A program made the position numbers and the translations under genes. Below the pieces are notes generated by a model. It searched no databases. It saw only the letters and a list, made by a program, of their open reading frames with translations, and was not told where the DNA came from. From NCBI GenBank assembly GCA_002633005.1, contig NMRA01000075.1, positions 821,843 through 885,842 of the forward strand: 64,000 nt of DNA, read 5' to 3'. The DNA comes from Phoronis australis. Lineage: Eukaryota > Animalia > Phoronida. The number at the start of each line of letters is the position of its first letter. The stretch's first letter is position 1. This document shows, piece after piece, positions 52,801 through 63,116 of the stretch.

Positions 52801-55800
52801 TGACTGTGTCAAATATTTCTACAACCGGGCTCATCACAAGACGTCTGTGGACCCCCCATGGCGGAATGAGCTACCCCGAAAGTTTACTTCCACAACACAA
52901 GACGCAAATGGTCACTTTAAAGACGGTGAAAACTTTATTCAAATTCCTTGTTTTGTAAATTCCTCCTTGTTTAAAAGAAGCAACTGTCTTGTTCTCGGTT
53001 GTTTTAATCGTGACCATCGTCAGGTATTCACAAAATTTCATTTTCCGGTGGGGATACAGACAAACTGTCGATTTTTATTACTATTTACAGCTGTACTTCG
53101 CCTCGTTTAGGCCCCTGGATAAAAACGAAATTCGAATTGCACCTTTTACTCCAATAAAATTCTAGGATTCTATATCCGCTACCAGCAAGTTACAAGCAAT
53201 TCGTGGGCCTACATGCGGAATTTTTCAATTCGCACTTTTAGCGTTGTTCAACCCAAATAAATTCTCGCTGAGGCCATTTTAAGACCGGTGTAAAAGGCCT
53301 GGTTTCATTTTTTTTATTCAACCAGCTAAGCAGTACAGATTTAAAAACGTTAAATAACTGCACTTGTAGAAAGAAAAGGTTTATCGCATACGTGTAACCT
53401 CGTAAGTACGCACATGCGGCTGTATGCGGAAGAATCCGTTTTTCGAAAGATTTATCCATTCTAATGCCCCGTATTATAAGCGTTTGGGCCCAATGTCTGC
53501 AATTAAGTGAATGCAGTGCTCCGATTATAGGCTAAATTGATTTTTGAAATACTTTTAGTAGTACCGTTTCTTTCCACAGAACGTGTGGCTTCATTGACAC
53601 TCGTTTTGAAATGAACAGGTTAGGGTGGTGGTTAGATATTATAAATATGAAGTTTTCAAAGTCGTAGCTTTATTTTTAAGAACTCATTTATCCTTGAAAG
53701 TCGACAAAAATAACACTTGGTTCCTTTACGGTAGTCAACTACATCTCTATGATTTAAGAAAGTCACTAACTATAACTTGCATGTGACAATGAGATCGCTG
53801 GTGATCTTGTCAAGGAGCACTTCAGGATAGTTTGCAGATGGTTGGCTATTAGAAGAAAAGTGCAGGCGAGGGTAACAGGTGGCAGACCAGTTTAGTACTG
53901 GCGAGGGCAGACCAGTGTGGTCCTGAAGGGAGGTGGAACTGAACTCGAAATAGACTTGGTGCTTTCCTCTCCAAATAAACAAGCAGTTCAAACCCTTTTC
54001 GACCGTTATATCATTCAAAGGAAGTTGCTCTATGATCCGCGTGCAAACTAGGAATGTGCGTTTTTTTAATTTCAAGGCGCATAGTCGAGGCAAGTTCTAC
54101 TCAAATGTCCTGCTAATGGCTCTATGGTAGATCTTCAGGGTAATCAGTTGTGTTACATGTATATGATTACCCGTAACTCTCCAAGAGCATTCGGACACCG
54201 TCAATAAATGGAAGTTATTGTCGAACATCATACTGTAAGCCCAAGGGCGCTGTCTTACATGTAGGAGTCACTCTCTCTCCGCGGTTGTAAGTCCACAGGG
54301 GCGTGCGTCATGAAAATGCATCATTTTCGTTACAGTCCAAACCGTACGTGTTTCCAAGGCCATTTCCCCAAGAACACGGGGCTCCCCTTGTGGGCAATGA
54401 GCGATGGCAAGGCTACTGTGTCGACATTTGGAAGAATGTATCCAACACCTGGGACATCTCTTACCTCATGAAGGTTGTTGATGATGACGACTACGGCACG
54501 AGAGACGTGAATGGTTCGTGGACCGGTATGATAGCTGAAATTTTACATGGGGTAAGTGTAACATGTATGGCAGATGCTTTATTTTTGCAACAAAGTTACA
54601 ACGGTCCCTTAAGTGTTGACCAAAACTGTTTTGAATCACGATATTAGATTAGAAGAGTTATAACTTCAGTGGTGCTCGTTGTTTACCGTGGGGAACGTGA
54701 CTCGTACTGATTGCACCTTTCGAAATTAAAGCAAACGCAGAGTGTTTTAGAGATTAACAGGACGACACTGGCTCTTCAGGATGCTGACATAGCCATAGGA
54801 GACCTGACGGTGACGGAAGAAAGAGAAGAAGTGGCATATTTCTCAGAACCCATCTTGAGTTCAGGCCTCACTATTATGATGAAGAAGCCGAAACAAAGCA
54901 ATGTCAATCCATTTGCATTTCTAGATCCACTGGCATATGAGGTAGGTTTTGGATATTTATGTACCGTATTATATAAGACACATATTAGGGTCTGTTAAAA
55001 CGGTATGAATTGTGAAAGAATATTAGATATTGTTAAATATCACATAAGATCTGGCTAGAAGTTGAAAATGTGATTTTTTCAAATACCTGTGTCTTCTTCC
55101 TTTAGCAAGAAATGAGTAGCTTCGCCATTGATGGTATTTACTAACCACTGTTGCCGTAACAATTAGTACAGGGATTAATCAACTACTCTCATACTAACAC
55201 TAATGAAATCAATCAACCATTCATATGATAACAGTTATTAACCGGATTAATCAACCACTCCTATCATAACACTTACTTACGGGCTTATGAAAAAATTCTT
55301 ATGATAACACTTACTAAAATGATTAATCTAACATTTTTAGGACAGCAAATACTAACTGCATTAACCAATCGCTCAAATAATAACACTTAGTTGCTGACAA
55401 TATTAACCAATACTATTGTGATAACACTAACTTACTACTAGGATAACACTTAATCAACCACTCTCATGATAACCGTTACAGACAGGGTCCGTTCAGGTAA
55501 CTAACATGGCGCCTACTGGCCGAATGTTATCAATAAGAAAGCTCAACACTAAAATCGTCGTTGCAGTAACTCTGGTCCAACAGCTTCACATTACCTAGCG
55601 AGTAGTTGCCAGATCGTTTTTTTTTTAATTTGAAACTAAAAGAAATTAAAAATCTTTACCAGCAAACCTTAAAAATACCTGGAGAGCAGGTTGAATTCTG
55701 TTTCAGTGGCAGAGAACCACTTTCATTCTTGCAATTTAGTCTGTTTTTCGCGTTCCAGGCCTCTTTCACATTTGTTGAGGTGTCGTAAAATTGTTTCGAT

Positions 55801-58800
55801 AAGATGAATACGAAGTATTCGCTTTGTGTATCTTAGCTCTGGATATGTATCGCCTGTGCTTACGTCGCAGTCAGTGTTCTTCTCTTCGTGGTTGGACGAT
55901 TCAGTGAAGACCAATGGAATCTCATGAATGACGAATCTGGGCAAGCCAGGTGGTACAACAGCCTCTCCTTTGGAAACAGTCTCTGGTTCTCAATTGGAGC
56001 CTTCATGCAACAAGGATGTGAAATCAATCCTAAGTACGGATAACACCAAACGAAGCGAAAAAATATTGCTCTTTGGCCTATGTTATGGTTTTGCTGTTCT
56101 TTTTATCTTCTTAAGCGTGTCTTAGGGTGGTCTCAATCAATTGGTTACTGTCGGCACCGATTCAATAGCTGTTGGGTTGATTTAATGCAACTAAAATAGT
56201 TATCTCATGTTGTCGGAGCTTGAGAGAAAGAAAGCTAAATGTGAACTGATTGCCAAATTGGACACACACAACCAAGGTCTCAATAGACACATTAGAAACC
56301 TCCCGTTAATTCCACCTTTTGCAACTCACTGTACATCAATATGATATGTTGATTTTTTTTATCAGAAAGATTAAGATATTCTATGTTATCTTGTATTGTA
56401 CTGTAGCATGGGGCCAGTTACTCCTTATTTTGGTTTGTTAGTTCTTATTATTATCGGGTCGCTTTTGTGTGTGATCGACCTTTTGATTTCGCTAGGATCA
56501 TTTAATTCACATTTTGTGTGATGTCCTGATGTTCCCCTGTGTCATTGTTCTCGGGTAGGCTAATATTGTTTTTCATGCCCAAATGCTCCCCACAAAGTTC
56601 TTCCGTTCCGACCGTCTCTCGGCTCAGAATTCCTGGGTGCGGAAAATCAGCTGTCTTTTGTTAGTCGTAGTAAAACTTTCAGCAGTATTGTGTGTTTAGG
56701 CGAAAGCACTTCTTGAGAAGCAATTGATGCGTGGTGAAAATTCAACCATGACGCTTATTCGAGATTTGAAAATAAACGTCCTGGAGTCTCGTATAAACTA
56801 GAAATTTATGAATCTATGCCCTTATTTAAAAGCCGGAATGAATCTGTGGCGAAATGGAATTGTCCATTTTCTGTATCTAATAATACAGTACAGTGTAGCC
56901 ACGGAGGACACAGCGAGATCGTGCCCTCTGTTCATTACTAAAATACTCACCTCCAGCAAAAACTGATTTCAGTTTTGCGTTAGCCCCCCCATCCCCCTTT
57001 GTGGAAAAATGTCCCCCGGATGTCACTCATTTCAAACCCCTCTCCTACCAAAATTTTCATTTTGCGCATATTGGGGTCACGCACCCGACGCATACCAATA
57101 AGAAACGTGAAAATTGAATTAACGCGTAGAGGGAACATCAGGCTGGGGGGTACATCGGCGTTGGGGATCATCTAGCTGAGCGACATGACGGTGGAAGGCA
57201 TCATCACGCTCAAGGAGTATGATTTGAGAAGCATTGGGATGGAAAAATAACTTGAGACTTGGAGATTTAGAGAAGACCCCTCATTTATTTAATGTTGACA
57301 CTGCCATCAGTTTTATTTTCAGAAAATACGTTTTCTTTTAAAACGGAAACAATTCAGCGTTGCAATGAGTTGAAACCTAGCCCCTTGTGGCTACCGACCT
57401 ACGCTTAGAATACCTTTCACAAGATTTGAATAGTGAATTGGTGTTTTCAAGTGAAGACCATATCGTTTTCATCTAAGGGGGAAACTCAGAATATCGTTCT
57501 GGGAAATGTAACAGGCCTTGAATTTTTCAGATTAGTCTGTTTTGACATGCATTCAAGACGGCAAGTACTGCTACTGGCTTCAATTTAACTGACAACCGAC
57601 ATGTTAATTCTAATAGTAGTTTCATGCTGGAGTCACCTATTGTTGCTTCATCCCCGGTTCCCCGTTGGTTTTTAGGTCACGTGTGGTTTTCTGTTTCAGT
57701 ATATCTATGTTGTCTTAGCTCAATGTTTTAATATCTTGCGTTTTCATTTGTCATGCGCACTGTTTCATTTAGCCAACTGTAAACTGTATCTCCCATAAAC
57801 ATTAACATTTTAAGTATCACAATTGACAAAGTGTTAAGAAAGGTCGGTATTCAGTAAAAAAAAAACATGTATCGGCTACTTTTGGCTTGTAATTCATTTT
57901 ATTCATATTATGCGGCATGTATCAGTCCGAGAACATTTATTCAGAGCTACATCACCGAGAATCGTCACTAGCGCATGGTGGTTGTTCACATTGATTCTCA
58001 TCGCATCTTACACCGCCAACCTCGCCGCCTTCCTTACCATGGCGCGGATGCAAACCACTATACAGAGTGTAGACGACCTAGCTAGACAATCGAGTGTCAA
58101 ATACGGCTGCATCAACTCTGGTACGACACGAGACTTCTTTCGGGTGAGTAAAATGGAAAGGAGCAGATAGATCCCAAGGAACATCTGTTTCGGCTTCGTG
58201 GGTCTAAGGGCATTAAGTGCAGGTAAGGTTTACGTGCACGCACGTGTATGTGTCGGGCATCGAGGTAGGTAATAATGGCCAGTAGGGTGTGCGAAGAATA
58301 ACAAAACAACGCACGGTCAAACCCCACAGTCCCATGGTTCTACATACGCTTGCATTACATTCGACATTGATCACTGCAATACAAAGCGGGATATCCAACT
58401 GCACCGACCATGACTCAATATGATGGTTCTAAAGCATAAAGCAACCACAATAATCGTTTTACTAATTAATGTTACGGAGGACCTTATTGAAAACTATGTG
58501 CATTGGGTACACTAGGTACACCAATGACAGAGCAAGTGATTCTGCTGGGTTTTTAAATTAAGCGAGTGATTCCGATGGATACTTTTAAGTAAAGAATCGG
58601 GAGGTAAACAAGTGGCAACAAGCGGCTCCTGCGTAGTGTTGGCAGTGGTGCAGTGTTTCTACAGTCCTTAATTAGATTTAGTTCTGCTAGCAAAAGTGAT
58701 ATTTCTCAAGCTAATTCGTGTAACAAATAAGTTTGTCTGCATTAAGAATGCACTGTATGTGCGCTTGATACTTTTTGAGGTGGACATAGATTCAGCCAGT

Positions 58801-60787
58801 TTCGAGAGGGCCCGTCTACAACCAATGTTTGAATCCTGGACTTGGCTGTCAGAAATTCTCATTTAGGACGGTCAATGTAATCATTTTGTAGAAATCCCAA
58901 ATCAGTACTTATCAACGTATGTGGACTTTCATGGAGTCTAATCCGGACGTATTCGTCACCAGTTCAGACGAAGGTCTCACAAAAGTTCGCCAGTCGCGTG
59001 GTAGTTACGCGTTCATCGCCAGCGCAGCCACAGTTGAGTACTATAATCGACAAGCTCCTTGTGACACTATGAGAGTGGGACCCTTGATAAACGAAGAAAC
59101 AGTTGCCTTTGCCATGTCGTGTGAATCTAACCTCAAGTACGTGAAGTTTGCGCAGCAGTTTCTAGGCTATGAATAGTTTTGTCTGTCAAATGGCATGACC
59201 GGGCGCTGTTGGTACAGTATGTTAGTTTAGAAAAGCTCTTGCGCTAGTAAAATTGGTCAGTGACCTCTTTATTGATATAACAAGAAGTTGACGCATGAAT
59301 ATCAAGTGATGGGATCTTGAGCTAGCGATGGTTGCATATATACAGCATTATGTCATCGTTGACGTAAAATCTGTGGGTATAACAGCTTGTTAAAGTTTAC
59401 TTTATGTTCCTCCGAATCAGTGCTTTACCCCCATTTCTTCCTCATATCATCAGGGAGAAGGTGTCGATTGCGGTGCTAGAACTTCGGGAAAACGGTTTTC
59501 TATCGGAATTTTACAACAAATGGTGGAAGAACTTAACGGCCAGCGATCTGGAGCAATGCAAAGACGTAGACTCTCACCCGGTGTGTATTGAGCTTGCCAT
59601 CAGCATCTAAACCCTTTACTGATTTACCTTTGTCTCAGACTGCTTAGTTATTGTAGTGTTCAAACTTTCAACATGATCATCTCAAACTGGGATCCAACTA
59701 GATATTTAGCACTGAGCCAGAATCATTGCAGTCTATTGCTTGACTCGTCCAGTTCTTTTCCTTTTTTGAATTAACGTGTCAGTTAGTGTTTTGGTTATGC
59801 GATACTTCAGACGTTTTTGACGATCCCTCCACGTTGGTCTTGTGTAGAAGCCTTGCCCTACAACGCCATCATTGTAAGTATCGGCAGATCAATAGGTCTA
59901 CATTGTTCATGTACGCTGATTCTCAATTCTTTAAAAGTTAATGGTTATCTTACAACCTTTCCAGCGCGTTGTTCACTCACTGACTTTGGATAAGATTCAT
60001 GGAATTTTCATAATTCTTCTTTTGGGACTTGCTATTTCTGGCATCTCACTCTTCGCCGAAGTTAACTACAAGAAACTGGCTTTTAAACAAGTAAGTCTGC
60101 CAGTTAAATCTTCAGGTATTTGCTGGAATTCTGCCAATTGGTGGAGTGCGTGTTTTGTTATTCCTCTGAACCTCTTTATGTTCCTAAGCTATTTCCTGCA
60201 AACACTTCCGGTCAGTTCATTGTGATGTTGACTTTGCACTGGCAACTACTTTACAAAAAGTTTGATTGGTCAAAAATTATGTATGAATAGAAGAACGAAG
60301 AAAATCAGTCAACTCGGTCGTTGCTTTTGAAACAAGTTTCCTATTATTCAAGATACTGTATTGGATCGTTTGAACGCTGAATTCGGCTGTTGATTTGTTT
60401 TGTGCATACGGGTCTAAATTACTGTAGCAACTCATATCAAAAGCCAATCCGTATAGTTTCGAAGAAAACGCATTCTGGTTACCGAAGCCGTATTTTACGA
60501 AAATCTCACGAAAACGGAGTTGCAAAATTGCGTTTTCTGAGTAATTGTAAGCTTTTGAGTATGTATGCCTTGGTTTGTTCGTGCGCTTGGATGATTTAAT
60601 GTGCACACGCTATGCGTACAGTCCTATATTTTGATACGTATCATTAGAATGAATAAAAATTACCCTGTACCAATTTAGATTTTGATTTCAGTATACGAGA
60701 ATTATTCAGATGTGTGGATGTCGCCATCTTGATGTCGATGGCGAGAAGTGTAACTTGCTCGCGACCGTAAGAGAAACATGGAATTAG
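31738..60787 (+). CDS. GRIA: AMPA-type ionotropic glutamate receptor subunit, ~894 aa, 16 coding exons
   Basis: Exons 31738-31837, 38991-39149, 42395-42640, 46174-46370, 49203-49259, 49870-50031, 51466-51669, 52734-52925, 54336-54551, 54780-54941, 55837-56033, 57945-58143, 58892-59136, 59454-59580, 59965-60090, 60692-60787 join in frame (2685 nt, all GT-AG). Signal peptide, ATD, S1 ([11 protein letters not shown]), FLDPLAYE, pore loop [24 protein letters not shown]2 (PCDTMRVG) and M4 are present. Exons 5, 8 (3' end) and 16 are least certain. The GRIA label is class-level only. Confidence 0.92.
32897..32972. mobile_element. ~75-bp MITE (CAYGGGCGGCGCA...TGCGCCGCCCATG)
   Basis: 13-bp TIR. Relatives at 51697-51771 and 1680-2510, plus a partial copy immediately upstream. 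Confidence 0.6.
38991..39149 (+). CDS. GRIA: iGluR exon 2 (ATD)
   Basis: [22 protein letters not shown]...; AG/GT boundaries, phase 1-1. Confidence 0.85.
39588..40926 (-). mobile_element. Kolobok-like fold-back element, family 3, with THAP pseudogene
   Basis: TTAA on both sides. ~310-bp inverted arms starting AGGTGAAGGCAACC. Minus-strand THAP from ATG 40661: [13 protein letters not shown]...[13 protein letters not shown]...[13 protein letters not shown]...[10 protein letters not shown], with frameshifts. Confidence 0.85.
40930..41292. repeat. ~19-20-bp degenerate tandem repeat (GTACTTAATCG core)
   Basis: Many GTACTTAAT(C/T)G units. Confidence 0.75.
42395..42640 (+). CDS. GRIA: iGluR exon 3 (ATD)
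   Basis: [13 protein letters not shown]...SRLHMPFIT...[31 protein letters not shown]. Confidence 0.92.
42985..46080. repeat. Degenerate ~40-bp satellite array in iGluR intron 3 (interrupted)
   Basis: TTGTATTTGA at 44123, 44161, 44201 and ~44241. Unit approx GTTAATTGGATGATTGTATTTGACACTAGATAGGTATAGT. Interrupted by the RTE fragment and by ~44680-45230. Confidence 0.65.
43251..43907 (+). mobile_element. 5'-truncated RTE-clade LINE (C-terminal RT region and 3' end)
   Basis: [17 protein letters not shown]...[34 protein letters not shown]...KDVYKRD. RTE-like tail CCATTGTCTCTCGAGACAGACGGCTGCCAAC. Confidence 0.9.
46174..46370 (+). CDS. GRIA: iGluR exon 4 (ATD)
   Basis: GLKRAQEL...[20 protein letters not shown]. 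Confidence 0.85.
47100..48719 (+). mobile_element. Non-autonomous Kolobok-like element, family 1 copy B
   Basis: TTAA on both sides. TIR AGGAGAATGCCACC / GGTGGCATTCTCCT. THAP remnant ~47275-47500. Collinear with 6958-8626. Confidence 0.85.
49203..49259 (+). CDS. GRIA: iGluR exon 5 (57-nt mini-exon)
   Basis: TTTGTAG|[19 protein letters not shown]|GTAACT, phase 0-0, at the position of the short ATD exon of AMPA receptor genes. Confidence 0.55.
49870..50031 (+). CDS. GRIA: iGluR exon 6 (ATD)
   Basis: [22 protein letters not shown]... Confidence 0.8.
50233..51204. mobile_element. Degenerate inverted-repeat element with internal GGCCCAA/GTCACAA motifs
   Basis: CAAACTGTCACAAA near the left end mirrors TTTGTGACAGTTTG near the right end. 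Boundaries approximate. Confidence 0.4.
51466..51669 (+). CDS. GRIA: iGluR exon 7 (ATD)
   Basis: ...[11 protein letters not shown]...[23 protein letters not shown]. Confidence 0.88.
51697..51771. mobile_element. ~75-bp MITE
   Basis: CATGGGTGGCACAGCACTGAAA...CCCCTATGGTGTTCCACCCGTG, same family as 32897-32972. Confidence 0.6.
52734..52925 (+). CDS. GRIA: iGluR exon 8 (ATD end, linker)
   Basis: [25 protein letters not shown]...[10 protein letters not shown]...[10 protein letters not shown]. Confidence 0.8.
54336..54551 (+). CDS. GRIA: iGluR exon 9 (S1)
   Basis: SKPYVF...[13 protein letters not shown]...[25 protein letters not shown]. Confidence 0.95.
54780..54941 (+). CDS. GRIA: iGluR exon 10 (S1, pre-M1)
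   Basis: [37 protein letters not shown]...[10 protein letters not shown]. Confidence 0.95.
55140..55480. repeat. Degenerate ~38-40-bp tandem repeat
   Basis: Recurrent TTAATCAACCACTCTCATGATAACACT-like units. Confidence 0.55.
55837..56033 (+). CDS. GRIA: iGluR exon 11 (M1, M2 pore loop)
   Basis: [23 protein letters not shown]...[19 protein letters not shown]. Confidence 0.95.
57945..58143 (+). CDS. GRIA: iGluR exon 12 (M3, S2 start)
   Basis: [27 protein letters not shown]...[15 protein letters not shown]. Confidence 0.96.
58892..59136 (+). CDS. GRIA: iGluR exon 13 (S2)
   Basis: [16 protein letters not shown]...[25 protein letters not shown]. Confidence 0.95.
59454..59580 (+). CDS. GRIA: iGluR exon 14 (flip/flop-equivalent)
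   Basis: [24 protein letters not shown]...QC. Confidence 0.93.
59965..60090 (+). CDS. GRIA: iGluR exon 15 (M4)
   Basis: [33 protein letters not shown]. Confidence 0.92.
60692..60787 (+). CDS. GRIA: iGluR probable terminal exon (cytoplasmic tail)
   Basis: TTTCAG|[31 protein letters not shown], phase 0. No homology support. Confidence 0.55.
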   Translation, partial: YTRIIQMCGCRHLDVDGEKCNLLATVRETWN

Positions 60788-60845
60788 TTTATTTCTGTCA
60801 TTTGTTTACTTTGGACATGCACAGTTACCTTGTGGGGAAACTTAA

Positions 60846-63116
60846 AGGAGAATGCCACTCAAAAAAACAAACTAGTTTGTATCAATTTAGATCGAGTAGT
60901 TCCGCTCGATAACAATAAGTACAGCTCTTTTACCTGACACCTGACGGCAGACGGAGGTGTCGTAATTATCCAATGACGTCAGAGGTTCGAATACAGTCTG
61001 CTCAGCAGTTCACAACACGCTTACTGGTGTCAGCTCGGCTTGAATTCGTCGTTTTACACCAATAAATCATCAAAATTCGATCTAAAACCCTTAAAACTAC
61101 ATCGAGTCATTGAAAAAACGTGTTATCTTAATTCGCTGTTACGGATTTTTGGGTATTTGAACGTGCCATAGCCTACAAATTTCGGTAGACCAATTTATCA
61201 AGGTCGGTCGCGGGAGTTTGGAGTCTGTTCGGTGGTGTGTTGAAATTATTCGTCCGTAAAATACAGACAGGAGAACATAGCTGTGTGTTGTAATTTTGGA
61301 CTTGCGATTTTTTCAGTTCTCTAAACACCCAAAACGCTTGCTATCTCGGCCAGTGGCTTGGAACCCGATCAGGCCCATCGCGGCCGGACTGAAGACATCA
61401 CGAACATAAACCAACCAAAATTGGAATCTAAACTTCCAGTCATGAAAAGACTATACTATTGAGCCAAAAGAAAAAGTGTGCACGTGGTTATTTTGGTGAA
61501 TTACCAGCGAAACTGCAAATCTATTTACTAGCTCGTCGGGGGCCGCGAAGTCAGGTTCAGTACCCTTCCGCAGAACCGTCAGGGCAAAAGTTGTACAGTA
61601 ACAATGATTCGAATAATTTATATGAATATCTAAACAAATATTCCCCTAACATCTGACCATAGGATATAAAATCGAGTTTTTGTTTCGCAACTGTTTTCTG
61701 TCAGCACTGAAACACGGCGCTCACACGGCCTCGGTGCCCGGTCAATAAGTTTATTGAATCTAACTCCAGTGATTCATTGCTGGCTTCTCAAAACATTTAC
61801 ACTCACGAACACTCCAAGGCAATACAAATTGTATCTAATGATGAGACAGACTTTGTTTCAGTTTTGTACAAGCATTGGTTAGGGTGAGAATAATTCATTT
61901 TGAAACAGAATGCACGATATTAAATGTCAACGTGGCAACTCGCAATCCCGACTTAGACGAGTGCTCATCCGACGAAGAATTCACGTGTCGATCGTTAGGT
62001 TTCACAGGCTGTCAGTTCGAACCGGAATACACTGATCAAGAAATAATAGAGATGCTCCGTGAACGTGCACAGACAACGGAACATACAGTATGGATAGTTC
62101 CGAAAACCGTTTGAATGATTTGTCATGGTGTCAGTGCACTGACCGCACGATAATGGAAACGACTGGGCGCTTGGGTTTGCTGCCACGAAATTCAGCAAGT
62201 GAAACGTCTTCTTGGAGAAGGACAGATGTGACCATCCTGATTTTGCACCGCATCTAAACAGTGGTGTGCTTACGACGCTTTTGGGGGCTGACAAAAAGAA
62301 CTTGCGAAAACATCCTACACCCAGAGGACCAAAGAGAAGCCCGATGAACGATTCAATTACCAAACATGTTATATAAAACGTTATGTTCTCACGCCTTGAA
62401 TTAATTGTAATTGTTTACGTTTTCATGGCCAACCACAATTCTACATAATCAAAAACTGATCAGAAACAGATCCGACGCAATGCAGGCCAATCTGACAGAC
62501 ACGGAGAAGTTTCATGGCCGCACACTTGGTGTTAACGGCGTACTTTTCATGCGAGCACCCACGGGGGATGCTCGGGGGCTCGAAGGAGCCCCCCCCCCAT
62601 TTGGTGAAGTGGGTGAAAAGGTCCGCCTCACAAAAACCAAAAACTCCGAGAAAACGAGGCAAAAGTCCACTAAAAGGCACAAACGCACAATTCACAACTG
62701 TGGACGTGGTACTCCGATTTTTTAGTCCTTTGGGATTTTTTTTGTTGATAAAACGTCCAGATCGTCGGAAATTCAAGCCCCCCTCCGATATTAAAGGCTG
62801 GTTGCGCGCAGGCATGCTTTTCATTCTTCACTACCGCGAGCCACTTCCGAAGCATTATGGGCTCTTGAGGAAATCGAAAAAATGATTTACCCGCTTTCCT
62901 CGCAACTTCATAGTTCGTACAAGCGGGAACGATACACCACACCATAGCGACACTCACTCTGCAGAAGAAGCACTAACGTCGCTGCGTCGTTTCTCACCTT
63001 CATCACAGGTTAACGAGACACTTTTCGGGGAAGTAAGATCGACCGTACACGAGGTGATGTGGATATAGACCAATTAAGACAGTAAAAAAACTTATTAAAT
63101 CGGGTGGCATTCTCCT
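60846..63116 (-). mobile_element. Non-autonomous Kolobok-like element, family 1 copy C (longer, inverted)
   Basis: TTAA on both sides and the same TIR as copies A/B. Minus-strand THAP from 62945 (MVWCIVPACTNYEVARKAGKSFFRFPQEPIMLRKWL). Plus-strand Cys-rich ORF remnant ~61930-62360. Confidence 0.88.
62548..62816. mobile_element. MITE nested in the THAP remnant of Kolobok copy C
   Basis: CATGC...GCATG ends with CTTTT duplicated (62543-62547, 62817-62821). Absent from copies A and B. Homologous to 12916-13156. Confidence 0.8.
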
